From: the human T2T-CHM13v2.0 reference genome, Homo sapiens
Assembly (NCBI RefSeq): GCF_009914755.1
Contig: NC_060945.1
Direction: 5' to 3' (one strand)
DNA: 64,000 nucleotides
Below are positions 42,791 to 55,984 of this stretch, one piece after another (position 1 is the first letter of the stretch; each line of letters opens with the position of its first letter). The notes under the pieces were generated by a model. That model worked only from the letters and a program-made list of their open reading frames with translations. It made no database searches and had not been told where the DNA came from. The translations under genes were made by a program, and so were the position numbers.

Positions 42791-43345
42791 CTGGGGGAAT
42801 AAAGATAATTAACACTCATAAGTTCAGAGTTGGAATGGACTCTTGTAGCAAAAGACAGATTAATGAGAGAAAAACAAATGGAAGTTTATTAATGTGTATA
42901 TTTCATAGGTACATGAAAGACGCCAAGGGAATGAGTAGTCCTCAAAGGGATGGCTTTGAATTCTGGCTTGTATAGCATTTTTAACAAAGAACAGTACATT
43001 TTTAAGGAAGTAACAAGACAAAGAAAAGGACTTGGGTTCTCCAGGGCAGCAGCTTGCAGGAAGACACATAATGGTAAATAAAGGCGAGTTAGGGAAGCTT
43101 GCTCGTGGAGATGCCTCTGGTATCATCTCCAGGGTCATCAGTGCCCAAGGTTGTCTTCCGTGGTTAACCTTTGTTCTCCCATAGGAGAAGAAGGCAGGGC
43201 AGGATTCCTTTTGTCCTTATAAACCTGTGTCCTACTTTTAGGCAAATAAAGGGAGAGGAGAGCTCTTTCCTGTAACTACTTCTTCTTAATTGCCTTCAGT
43301 TCAACAGTCATTTATATTTTGGGGTGGTATATTCTGGTCCCCACA
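42791..43345 (-). mobile_element. MER34-like ERV1 LTR
   Basis: CAAAAGACAGATTAATGAGAGAAAAAC...TTGCCTTCAGTTCAA...ATATTTTGGGGTGGTATATTCTGGTCCCCACA. Confidence 0.65.
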
Positions 43346-45184
43346 ATACATATGTAGACGCAGGCATACACACAGAGGAAGAGATTATTTTCTTTTAAGA
43401 GGTATATCTTGGCCAGGGATTTCCATTCCACTGTGCAGCCTGACTGCATTCAAAATGCAGGCAATGAAGGAGGCCACTTGGTACACTGCATTCTGGAAGA
43501 GAAAACCAAGACTTGAACAGACATAAAAGATTTAAATTTCAGGCTTTCAAAGTTGAGGGCTGGACCAGAAACAGGCCCCCGCCCCCTCCCCCCACCCACA
43601 ACACACACAGGAGTGAAGACACTAAAATGATTTGTTTTCTAATTTACATGTTAATCTTGGTGAAGTAACAGATCCCTCCTGCATCCTTTCAAGGACATTG
43701 CAGTGCCTACCAGCTAACTAACAATTCTTTCAACAAGTGTGCATGCAGCCTCTGCTAGATCCTGGGAAGGCAACAGACAACTAGAGAAATGTGGTTACTA
43801 CCTTTATGGTTATTTCTTGATATTGGAGAAGAGACACTTACATAAACAGACAAGTATTCAAAATGAATTTGTAATACAGTAACTGAGGAAGACTTCAGGC
43901 TTCCATGAGAATCTACAATTGTGAGGCCTAGCCAGTTCAAACCAGGTGAGAAACAGAAGGGTTGGGAGTATTTGATATAAGACAGAATGAAGGGGACAGT
44001 GGTAAACCACTGAAGCTGTGAGCTGACAAAAAGTACAACAATTCAAAAACATCCACATTGTGTTGGCCAAAACTCCAAGAGTTCCAGCCACTTCACCTGC
44101 CAAGTATTTGCCTCTGATATTACTGATCAGTCCACGTAGCATTTGGGAATCATTGTAACTCCTTGGTTGCCCCACAAAATGCGCAGTCCATTGGACTGGA
44201 CTGAACTGTCTAAGAATGATGACTAGGAAGCTTTTGGTTTTACTCAAATAAGTGTTTTTCCACCGTGCAGTTCATCATGAGATTGGAGGTGGTATTTCCA
44301 GGGAGTGCTTATGAAGATAGCAGAGGAAAGGTGCCAAGCTGGAACCGAGCCTGCACATCGCCCTACTGGGACATGGCTTGTTTATGTTCTACTGCCAGTG
44401 GGTCCAGGGGAAAACCTTCCAAACCACATGAGCATTGCCAAGATCGGTAGCAACACATCATTCACTATTAACCAAATCTGAAAAACAAGAAGGCAAAGTC
44501 AACAACTCCCTAACTCACACATTGTGCAAAAATTATGACTTCTGGGTGGTTACTAGGAATATCTCAAACATGAGTTTTGAAAATTTGCCTGTTTTACCTG
44601 AACCACACAGTATTGTGTCCTAGCATGCTGATGTATATAGTGATTGAGGTAGAAAATGTTCAATATAAACAAAAGACAACACAGTGAGGGATGGGGTGAG
44701 AAAAAAATACTTCTGACCCATCCATACTTATGGCTGCAGGCTTGTCGTTAGAATGTGCATGTCATCTTGATATTTCTCCATCCACTTGGCTTCTGCCTCA
44801 TTTCTCACCATTTTCCTTCCATTTCCTGGTGTTTTCTCCACTCCAGCCAACTGCTCACTCTCTGGCGTCTCTCTGTGCTTGCTTTTGTGGCATGTTGGCA
44901 AAATGCCACCTTGACAGTGTTTGGTCTCCCAGCTTGGTCTTTGTGTTTTCCCTTTCTCTCTTCTACCTAAAAGGAAAACAGCCTTTGCTTTTCACTGATG
45001 AGTGGCTGGCAGCACCCAGGGCTAGCTCAGTGCCACTGCTGGCAGGCATCTCATGCCTGTCAGCAGTCCAGTTACTAAAGGCAGCATTCAGAGGCGGGGG
45101 ATCTGGGAGGAGGGTCATCATCTCGGGAGGTCAGAGCTGATATCTCCAACCTTCCCACAACTTTTATTAAAAATTCTCCCCACA

Positions 45185-45870
45185 TCGGGTACAGTGGCTC
45201 ACAACCGTAATCCTAGCACTTTGGGAGGCCAAGGCTGGAGCATTGCTTGAGCTCAGGAGTTTGAGACCAGCCTGGGAAACACAGTGAGATCCTGTCTCTA
45301 CAAAAAGTATAAAAATTAGCTGGGCATGATGTACTGGTTTGTTCTCACACTGCTATGAAGAAATATCCGAGACTAGGTAATTTGTTTAAAAAAGAGATTT
45401 AATTGACTCAGAGTTCTGCATGGCTGGGGAGGCCTCAGGAAACTTACAGTCATGGCAGAAGGCACCACTTCACAGGGTAACAGGAGAGAGAATGAGTGCC
45501 AAGTGAAGGGGGAAATGGCAGACGCTTATAAAACCATCAGATCTTGTGAGACGCACTCACTATCATGAAAACAGCATGGGGGAACCACCCCCATGATTCA
45601 ATTACCTCCCACAGAGTTCCTCCCACAATACGTGGGGATTACAGAGATTACAACTCAAGATGAGATTTGGGTGGAAACACAGCCAAACCTTATCACATGG
45701 TGATGTGTGCCTATTGTCCCAGCTACTCAGGAGGCTGAGGTGGGAGGAACACTTGAGCTCCAGATGTCAAGGCTGCAGTTAGCCATGTTTGTGCCACTCC
45801 ACTCCAGCCTGGGTCCTGAGACCCTGTCCTCTCTCTGCCAAAAAAACAAAACAAAACAAAACAAAAAACA
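45185..45870 (+). mobile_element. AluJ split by a THE1C LTR
   Basis: The left arm and linker run to ...AATTAGCTGGGCATGA. The right arm resumes at 45696 as CATGGTGATGTGTGCCTATTGTCCCAGCTACTC. Confidence 0.9.
45330..45695 (-). mobile_element. THE1C-like solo LTR inside AluJ
   Basis: TG...CA termini. TSD CATGA / CATGG. Body GAGGCCTCAGGAAACTTACAGTCATGGCAGAAGGCACC. Confidence 0.9.
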
Positions 45871-48004
45871 AAAAACCCCTTCCCGTGAGGAATCAGTCCT
45901 AATGGTCATGGCCCAGACACACCTGGACCACAGGCTCCATCCTCCATGGTGACAGCCTTGTCATTCCCATCTAATCCCTGGCCATTCTCCAGGCCCAGCC
46001 CCATGCCAGCTCCTCCCAGTGCCTTTCCAGTTCTCTCCAGCCTGACCATTGTTCCTTTCTCAGACTCAGAGCCCTTGCAGTCCAACCAGGCACAGTGACA
46101 GCCCTCATTCTAAGGAAGCCACACCTTGTTTCCTTGGCCAAGCTTGGAAGTCCTTAGAGCAAGCTCTGCACAGAACATGGTGTGTATCCCCCGTAGCCCT
46201 TAACCTAACGATGTCCATATTGTAGGGACTCCATTGGAAACATGTTTAGTAATCACCGGCCATGTGGCAAGGACTAAGGAAGAAAGAAATCATCGGCATG
46301 CTCTTGCTTCTCAAGGAACTCTCTGTCCAGTAAAGAAACTCACAGCATCCCAGGCATTTGTAACCAGACCTTAAGGAAACATGTTGGCTGTTCTGGGAGT
46401 CAAACCACAGAATTATGCGACTTTGCTTCTAAAAGCCTCAAGTCTAAATTTCTGAGACAAGCCAAATTAAACACATCAACCCAGAGACAGCAAAGAGGTT
46501 TTGCCACATGGTACATATGGATATTTTTCATTCTGAGAGCTTAGAATCATACATCATTGATCCCAGAAGTGAATTTACAGATCATTGATTGAAACTGCTA
46601 GTAGCATAAGGGAAAAAAAGTCTGATAGGACAATATGATTTATCCAAAGTGTAACCAGAGCCCTCCCTTTTCTAGCAGGACCTCAGCCTCCTAAAAAACT
46701 TTACTGTATAAACCCCTACATCTCACTCCCAAAAGACAGGTGCAACTCTACAGCCTTAGTTTCTGAATTTGTGAAGTGGGCATGATTATAGTACCTCCCA
46801 GGGCTGCTGGGAGGATTCAGTGAGACAGCAGAATTAGTAAACTGTATCATTCATAAAGCTCTGTTCAAGAATAATCTATTCTATTCCAGGAATTCTATGA
46901 TGGGGGATGTCCAAAGTCAGGTAAATGTCACTGAAGAAAGATCCATTATTACAAATCTTACAAAAAGGAAACCAGAAGGGCTACAATAATTTTAATAGTA
47001 ACTTCTGGGGGCACAAACATGAGTAATAAAAAACTTCAAATTGTTCATGGTACAAATACAGGAAATACCTTATTATTAAGAAGTGTCTTTGTGGTTACCT
47101 GAAGCTTTGAGTTTTAATATATGCTTTCTCAGACCCAAAGCTGTAAGACTTAAGCGATTTTTTTAAACTTCACGAACTTCTTTGAGCTCACAAAAATCTC
47201 TCTGGATTGTTTTCTTTATACAGTAAATATGGGCTTCATTCCTTTTTTTATCTGGAATTACTTCTAAAGGGGGAATGGATTTAAGTGCCTGTTTGAATTA
47301 AGCAGCTATATAATTTTATTTGAGGAGAAATATAAATTGTTTAGAGAATGTACCTGATGTATTTAGCTAAAATTGTCTTTTGAATAATTTCGAGGGGGAG
47401 GGTAGAAAGCAATAACTATGCCGCATCTGCTAATATAGTTTTGTGAATTAGTTGCTATTTATTGATTACATGTACAACAATCTTATGAGCTAGCTATGGA
47501 TAATACCGCATTTCAGAGATGCGAAGAGCAAGGCAGAAAGAAAGAAGATGAGCTAGGCATTCTATAAAGAACACTTACAATTTTAGACCAAAGATAAGAA
47601 CACTTTTTCCTTGGCACTTGCAACACTTACCTTGCTTTATTCCTTTTATAATTAAATGTTTAATTGAAGAGACGAAGTTGTGGCACTCTGTGTTCAGAGG
47701 ACACTGGACTACGTGAAAGTCCACAGAGTGTGATTATGCAGTGAAGGCCATGTGTGTAAGGGGAAAAGAAGGGGCTCCCCTGTAACCGGCCTTAGGAAAA
47801 CACCATCTGCATCTTTCTGGGGCCAGAATGGTGGGGGTTTCCAGCCTAAGAGCGTCTAAGGGAAATCTCATTCATCTTAGTGAGAACATCTAATGCATTA
47901 TTGGCTTACCAGTAATGCTAAAAATTTTATCCCAAGAAGGAACAAGGGGACATTTAATATAACTGCCAAGAAAGAACTGGTTTGTTCTGGAGACACAGCA
48001 TACA

Positions 48005-48205
48005 GAGAATACAGAGCTAGGAGCATGGACTCCGGGACCAGACAGGCTCACATGGCCCCAAGGCTTGGGAAGCTGCTTAACCTTTTCATACCCATCTTGC
48101 ATCTGAAAATGGAGGCAATAAACAGTACTTAGCTGAAAGGATTGTCATGACGGTTAAAAGAGAACAATGCCTGGCAAGTGCTGGGTGGTGTTGAATAAAC
48201 ATTTG
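48005..48205 (+). mobile_element. MIR
   Basis: AGGAGCATGGACTC...CTTAACC...CATCTGAAAATGGAGGCAATAAACAGTACTT. Confidence 0.5.
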
Positions 48206-48268
48206 CTAAAGTAAATTTCCAGAAATCCCGGGAGAAAGTGAATGTGGTCTCATGAAAACCCTAATAGT

Positions 48269-48367
48269 TTTTTGTTCTTGCGATAGTTTACTGAGAACGA
48301 TGATTTCCAATAACCCTAAAACTTAAAGTATAATAATAATAAATTTAAAAAAAAGAAAAAAAAAAAA
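48269..48367. mobile_element. Ultra-short twin-primed young L1 (L1PA2/3-L1HS type)
   Basis: 43-bp antisense L1 piece, then the sense L1 terminus ACCCTAAAACTTAAAGTATAAT and poly(A). Perfect 15-bp TSD GAAAACCCTAATAGT at 48254-48268 and 48368-48382. Confidence 0.92.
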
Positions 48368-48809
48368 GAAAACCCTAATAGTAAGAAGGAATTCAGGACA
48401 AATCAGACACACAAAGCTGGTTTAGAAAAGGTGGATTTGAGCTTACTAGAAAATTCAGAAGGGATGCTGTTGTAAAAGAGATACAGGAGATGGTGACACC
48501 TGGGAGGGCTCAGGGTCACTTAATGGTCTGGTAGGCAGCCCAAGGAGTACCAAGCAGTGCCAGGATGTGGAGGAGGTGATAGATCGCCAAAGTGGAGGGC
48601 ATGTGTGCCACCCGGGACCAGGGTATGGCATGGCCAAGCCAGGCAGTGAGCAGCCATGGAAGGCGTGCCTCCTGCTCACATTGCCGTCCCTCTGATTTTG
48701 TAGTATGAACAAGGAGGCACCCTGGCTAATCCTGATGTAAACAACTGAACATGCTGGACACATGTTGGCCTTGCGGATGTGTTCATGAGCATAAAACAGC
48801 AACTAATAG

Positions 48810-49240
48810 CGAGCATGGGGTCACAAAGAGGATGTCCTGATAAAGCATCATTTTTCTTTTTCTAGCAAGATTACTGATCTGTTAGATCTCATCTCAAAGA
48901 TTAAGACCCCAGGGGAAAGTTGGCTTGAGTTCAGGAAGTCCTTTGACAAAGACTTTCCTCCATTCTGTGAATGCAGCGGAGACTGAAGAGGAAAACTTGG
49001 AATAATTAGAAGAACTGTAAGCCAGTTGGACAATTGCTTCCAGCGTGCTGATTAATGAGTTGTTACAGAGATCAATGGATTCAGTATTGGCATGGAAAAG
49101 GATTATAATCTTGACTTCTGGCATTCATATTTTATCAGCAATTGGATGGGGCCATAGGGTTATCAATTGTTCATGTGACACTAGCTGTAGCAGGTAGGCA
49201 CTATGCTGAGTGCTGAATCACGCTTCAAACACATTGATAT
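48810..49240 (+). mobile_element. L3/CR1 LINE reverse-transcriptase remnant
   Basis: Degenerate CR1 RT motifs: AGCATGGGGTCAC (QHGF-like), TTCAGGAAGTCCTTTGACAAAG (F.KAFD-like), CAGCGTGCTGATTAATG, and ATATTTTATCAGCAATTGGATG (IFINDLD-like). Confidence 0.6.
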
Positions 49241-49395
49241 AATGAGTATGGAGATTCCATTTGGGAAAATAAAATAGTTCTGGAGACATTTGAACAAAAA
49301 TGTGAATGTGCTTAATGTCACTGAACTGTTCGCTACAAATAGTGAAAATGGTAAATTTTTGGTTGTGTATATTTTACCACAATGAAAAAAACATG
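49240..49395 (+). mobile_element. L1MB 3' terminal fragment
   Basis: AATGTGAATGTGCTTAATGTCACTGAACTGT...AAAATGGTAAATTTT...TATATTTTACCACAAT followed by an A tail. Confidence 0.75.
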
Positions 49396-52300
49396 AAAGA
49401 GAAAAGATTCTTATAGCTGAGAGAGACAGGGTTATAATATCTAAATTATTTTTTAGAGGTGGAGTAAATTATTTTTTAGAGGAGGAGCTAAAAGTCAAAG
49501 TGTCTTGTGTGTCTTACCTCTTGTGACAAATTTTTGGTGATAAGTTTTGGTTCACTCATGTTGGGTTTGGAGCCAGGAATGCATTTAGAAACGATGTCAG
49601 AGAGATTCCATCTTATGCTTATGTGGGTTTTAGTATACACACCATTTGAAATTCAGTGATAGTAACTCATGAAAAGGGAACTTCAAACCATCATTTCAAC
49701 ATAAATAACCAATTCAAATAAGAGCCCTGTATTAAAAACAGTTATATTTAACGAATTTATCTACAAATAAAAATTTTAACAAATAAATTATACTAAGAAA
49801 GCATATGGGTAAAGTCTGCTTGTAAGTTTAATCTCATCTATGGCATATCATGAATATGTTTTATTTAATATTATATTTTCATTCTATTTCGTTTGCTTCT
49901 CATAACTACTTTTAACCAAGTGTCTCTATGAGAAATGTTACCTCACTATTCATTGACAATGTAATTGAACTAAGTCCAGCATATACTAGTTCCTCTACAG
50001 TTAAAAATGAAGTCAAGACATTTGGACTATTAAGAAAATATTAAGAATAGAATTGAAAAAGTCCAAATTAGATCAATGACACAACATTTTATTTGTTTGT
50101 TTAATCATCTAAAATGGGAAAAATACTTTATCATACCTCAATGTTTTAAAATAATATCAATTTTAGCTATTGATCTTTAGAAAAATTTTATTGAGGAAAT
50201 CAAAGAAAAATCAGGAAATGAAATAATTATCAAGAAGAAAACATACATATGGTTGTAAGTGGACTATAAACTCAGAGACCTTGGGTTTAATCTCATGTTC
50301 TAGCATGCATTAGCTGCATGGTTATCTAATCTTTGTGCCTCAGTTTCCTCCTCTGTAAAATGGCCTCAGTACCCAATGGGATGGGAAGGAAATAAGGCAA
50401 TACGTGTAATGGCTAAGTGCTTCCTGCTTAGTACCTGGTCCATGGTACATAGAGAGGATTAGCTCTTCTCCTTGGAAGTGTCCCCTCTGTCATCAAGATT
50501 AAAGGGAGAAATGCCTTCATCCTCTTCTCATACACTTCTTGGAAGATGCTGCCTACATCACACACAGGATGAGGTATGGTGGTACCATCAAAGACCTGGC
50601 AAGAATCAGATAGCACCCACAAAGAGTTCTTGAAGAGAGTTCAATGAAAGGCCCATGTCTTGAAATACAGGTACAAGACAGCTTGCACGGTACCCAGGGA
50701 CCAAAGTGGGAAGCCATCTCTGTCCCTGGACATAATTCATCTCTCCCTTTCCCCCTCAAATCTCCCTCCCCTGCCTCTCATTGGGGAAGCTGTGAGAGGC
50801 TAGAGGGTAAGTGGCCTCAGGATGTGTTCATCAAGGTCAGCCTCCTGGCTCAGCAGAGGCAGAGACACCCCCACCAGGGCTCAACTGCACGTAACCAGCT
50901 CTGTGAGTAAGCGGGGCTCTCTCATTCTCCCCAGTGGGGCTCAAAGTGGCAAGTCCCACATCTGAGTATCCATTATTCTTATTTCTTGATTAAATTGTGA
51001 GGAAGCAAGGTATCACAGGGAACGCAACCTGCTTATCTTTCTTACCAAATGAAATAGCTTTACTAGCTGGGAGGAAAAGAACATGAGTTTTTCAGCAATA
51101 ACAGCAAACTCAGCCCTTTGAGGATTCTTATAAGGTGGGAGCTCCCTCCAAGCCATGCTAAGCGTGGGGAATCCTCAGTGTCCTGGGCTCTGGGTTTCCA
51201 CACCTAATGCATGAACTGTTTCTCCTTATGCACAACCCCCTTGTTTGAGCTGACACCTCCATCGTTGTAACCCCAAATCAATGAATCAGTAGGCACACAG
51301 GATTACATCTTTTAAAATAAAATGATGGCTGAGATGCTGAGGAACCACGGGCTGCAGGTGGGCTGGCCATCTGTGCTCGAATCCACACCCTGCATGGGAG
51401 AAGATACTTACGGCTCATCTTGGAAGTCACAATTTTGAGGTGTCTCACTTAATTTCCAGTTTCATTTCTCATCACCCCCACTTCAATGAACCATTCATTC
51501 TAATCAAGTAGGTCTCAGCCTAGTCTTCAAGTCTCCTGGAACCATTCCATGATTCCATGCTGTTCCCTGCCCAGAGCACCTGCTTGGCTCCCCCATCACT
51601 TTCCCATTTCCCCCTTCAGTGGGGCACAGTCAACCCCGGTGCTCCTGGCAGACACCATCACAGTAATTAAATATTATTAGTGCATGTTTTATTGCATACG
51701 TACAGCCACAAGCTAAATGTGACATTGCCATAGACCTCTCTCCCTATTCTCCATGGAATTTAATGTCACCGTCTCTCACTTAGCACCTATTTAGTGTCTA
51801 TACTTAGTAAGGAATTTTTGTGTCTTTTCTCTTGAATCAGGCTGTCAGTAACTTAAGGATGAAAATCTTCTTAAATGTGTACAAGTCACATCTGTTATCC
51901 ATGACAGAGCCTTGATGTAGAGGCGTTTAACCTGTGGCTCTTCTCACGATGAAACCCCAGTAATGTGACTTTGAAAAATGTGTGTGATGTCAAAAGTCAC
52001 TGTGATAAACAGCTTTACCTCTACCACACGGGAAAGATTCTATGCTATAATTAGGTGATTAAATTTGCCAAGGCACATTTCAGTTGTAGAACCATTCCAA
52101 AATCAAACAACATAGCCATCATAGAAAGTGCTCAGTGACCCATCAGGAAAACTGATATGTTCAAAACATTTCTAGACAATGGTAAATATGTTTTAAAGTG
52201 GAAAAGCGTTTTGAATGTAAACAAAAGTAAACATTTTGAGCTAAAGAAATACACATTTTAGGTCATACACATATATATGTTTTAATCCTGATATATATAT

Positions 52301-52808
52301 ATATATATATATATACTTTTATATATATTTATCTTAAAATGTAAATATATATTTTTATCCTGGGATATATATAAATACATATTAATTATCTACAGCAAAT
52401 GACAGGTAAACCTCTTGACTGAGCAAAGTGCTAAGCAGAGACATCTACAGGTGAGGGTGGGCCAAGGCGTTTCATGAACCAGGGCAGAGCCAGATGTAAG
52501 TGGTGGGAGGAAAAGGGTCAGATGGCACATAGGAAGGTCAATGCCAGGCTGAGCCTCACAGTAACAACCACAGACCCAAAGCAGATGAGGAAGCACAGAG
52601 CCCCACTTACTCAGGAGATAAGAATGATCCAGGAGAAGACGAAAGGCCCTCAGAACACAAGTGTGGCAGGTTCACCTGCCTGGAGCTCCCACACCTTTTC
52701 TGGAAAGATAGAGCTGCCACGATGGCTCTCAGTGGTATCTGCATCTTCTGAGCTAAAAGGTGCCACCATTGTGACAACCATTCTGCTCAGCTCAGGCCCG
52801 AGCTGGCC

Positions 52809-53021
52809 AATGGCTCAGGAGCAGCCACTGCATTAAACTAGTGGCCATGCCTAGTAGCCCAGCCATGGCCAGCTTCAGAACCATTGCTCTTCTGTACAAG
52901 AAAATGTAAATTTACAAATGGCTGAGGAGCCGGCACTGCCTAAACTAGTGGCCATTTCTAGCACCCAGCCACTGCCAGCTTCAGAATAATTGCTCCTGTG
53001 TACAAGAAAATATAAATTTAC
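52809..53021. repeat. Tandem duplication of an approximately 107-bp unit (2 copies)
   Basis: AATGGCT.AGGAGC...TAAACTAGTGGCCAT...GCCAGCTTCAGAA...GTACAAGAAAAT.TAAATTTAC at 52809-52915 and 52917-53021. Confidence 0.9.
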
Positions 53022-53539
53022 TCAGTGCCCATTGAAAAAGAAAACAAAAGAAAGCTATGAGCCGTGTGTAGGGACACATGTGGTGGTGGATTTCCACTTA
53101 TGTAGTGCTACCCACCCAGGGCTTCATGGTCCTTGTCCCCATGTTTCTTTGGCCAACTCTGCTCTAGCTTCCATGTCAAAGGTCTCACCCTCACTCGGTC
53201 CCTCAGTGTTGCAGCTATAGCTTGTGGCTTCTTTCCTGGTAACTGTGGTGTTGGAAAATGACACCAGGGCCATGTGCTTTCCTGCCTGATACCTTCTTGA
53301 TGACTCCACTTCTCCATCAGCTATGTCCTCTTTCTCACCGTGGTGGCCCTTCTCTGATCTGGACCAGCATTCCTGGGAGAGGAATTCCTGTGCACAGCCA
53401 GGTCCAGGGACATGAGGACAGTTCAGGATGAGCTCAGGTGGGAGAAGGGGACCACCCCTGAGAGTCCACCTTCCCCAGGGCCCCTCCACCTATGTGAGTG
53501 GACATGAGCCATGGGGCAGCTGGGTATGGGCATCTCAGC

Positions 53540-53935
53540 CCACCCTTTGAGAAAAGGCTACAGCCAGGAGTGTAGTTTGTGGACAGCACCCATCTGCCAC
53601 ATCTCCCATATCTGCTGCAGTGTTTACGCTGAGACCACTCTCTCCCCAGGCAGCTCTGATACAGTACAAGAGCCAGGCCATTTCTGCCAATGCAGGCCAC
53701 CTCCAAGGCAATCTTGGGATCCCTGTCAGCCTGCTCAAGACTCTCTGGGGGCTCTAGTTCAGAGTGAGGATCTTTCTACCCAACTCTACCTCCTCCTGCT
53801 TTCCTTATAGTTGTCAGATCCCCATGATGTCCTGAAGCCCTCTCTGCTCACTTGCGCTACAGACAGCCCCCCAGGAAGTCTCCTGCACATCGAATTCTGC
53901 TGGGCACAGCTTCCTGGAGGACCCCAAGCCACACG
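53540..53935 (+). mobile_element. LTR16-like ERVL LTR
   Basis: TACGCTGAGACCACTC...GCCAGGCCATTTCTGCCAATGCAGG, with the end TCTCCTGCACATCGAATTC...CTTCCTGGAGGACCCCA. Confidence 0.55.
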
Positions 53936-55396
53936 CACAGTCTCAGAAACTTTGTGCACAGAGTGCCCAGCAGCTAGGATCCCCTCCTCACCTAAAATAA
54001 AGGGACCCTCTTTTCTCTATTTATAACTGAGCTTCCAGAAGCCAGCCCTGTCCTCAAGCAATGTTCAGACTCAGGCCAAATGCTCTTCCTTTTTGGCTGC
54101 TGCCCTTCTCCAGGGCTAATAAATGCTCTTTCTTTAGAAATGTTAATAAAATCATTCAAGTCCCTGTTACTTTATAAATTGCAACAAATGTCTCTGTATA
54201 TCTGAAAAATAGTGATGAAAATGGCATCAAACCAGGTCCTGAGCCCATTCACAGGCACCTGTAGCTTTCTGGCCCCCACACAGTAGCTCTACAGGCCACA
54301 GGCTTGTCATCAGTGGGCTGAAACACTCCTCAGACATAGAAAATACACCCACGTGCTAACAAACTTGGTTGCTGGTTGTTTTATACAGCATGGGTAAACA
54401 TCTCTTTGCTAACTGTACTATTCACAAATCCTCATTGGTCATTATCGGCCCACATCAGATTAGAGGCTGCACCACACCAGCAGTGGGTGTGGGGAGAGAG
54501 AAACCACTAAGAGCAGGTGCAATCTTAAGACCCCAGCAGAGGGTCCCTGCTGCAGGAGTGGCCATCTGCCTGCTTGCCACTGGGGGAATATGCAGGGAAG
54601 GTTGAGAGCTGGGGAGGATCATCCTGAGTCCTGGAGAAAGGCAAAAGGCAGGTTCACTTTGCAGAATCAGATGCCGGGGGCTTGCCTCACCACCTTCATT
54701 CATTCCGGACGTTAACAAGCATTTGTTCAGGGCCTGATCATAGGCCAGATCCCTGGGGATGCTGTGAACATCCCTGCTCCAGGGAAGCTGAATGTTAGCA
54801 TTATTTCCATCAAAAATGGCTAATGTTGTCCAACGTAATGGCTTCTGTTGTTTGGAAAATGTGCTCCAGCAGTGTGTGTCTCTCAAAGATGCTTGCAGAT
54901 TAGTGATACTGGCGTGCTGAGATGGAAAGTCTGGGAATGGGGCAGTGGCTGAATAAAAGCTCTCTGTTTCCTGCAAAGGTTATTCCACATCCTCATAAAT
55001 CCACTACTCGGTGAGGACCATCAGGCAATTCACTCCCGGCATGGGGTGGGCGAGTCACACCTGCATGTTCACTGTATATTAAGCAAATGAGGTTGTTCTT
55101 GACTGCAGTGTCATTGGATGATGATGGAAACCCATGCCTGGATTCAGATGTAAAAATATCAAGAATATATAAATACAAGAAAGCCATCAGTGATGTCAGC
55201 CAAAGCTTCACTCTCCTAACTCAATCCTGCGGAACCACAGCAGTGAGGTTAGAGCGTCCACTGCTGAGCTGTCACCATAAGGCTTCACGGAAGTGGCCAG
55301 CAGATGGAAAGGATTCCTCATGATAAAAACACAGAACAACCTCAGTGTTCAATAATCACAGCAGGTCACATTCACAGTGAGACATCCATAGGATGA

Positions 55397-55724
<328 letters not shown>

Positions 55725-55844
55725 TAAAATCATGTCTTAAAAGCACTTAATGACACGAGAAAATGTAAGGTATGTAATATTTTATGAAGTACGTTACTTA
55801 AAAACAAAGCAGCAATATACAATATGGCCCAGAATTTGTGTATA

Positions 55845-55846
<2 letters not shown>

Positions 55847-55882
<36 letters not shown>
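55847..55882. repeat. (CA)18 microsatellite
   Basis: Directly visible perfect repeat. Confidence 0.95.
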
Positions 55883-55885
<3 letters not shown>

Positions 55886-55984
55886 AAACAGAGAAAGAGA
55901 AAGGAAAACAAAATCTCACAAAGAAGAGAAAAATAGCCACTGGTTATCTCTAAATCACACATCTTATTTTTATTTTATTTTCAC

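Noticed and set aside
54455-54976. 173-aa minus-strand ORF
   Set aside because: Non-ATG start and no recognisable homology. Consistent with a chance ORF.
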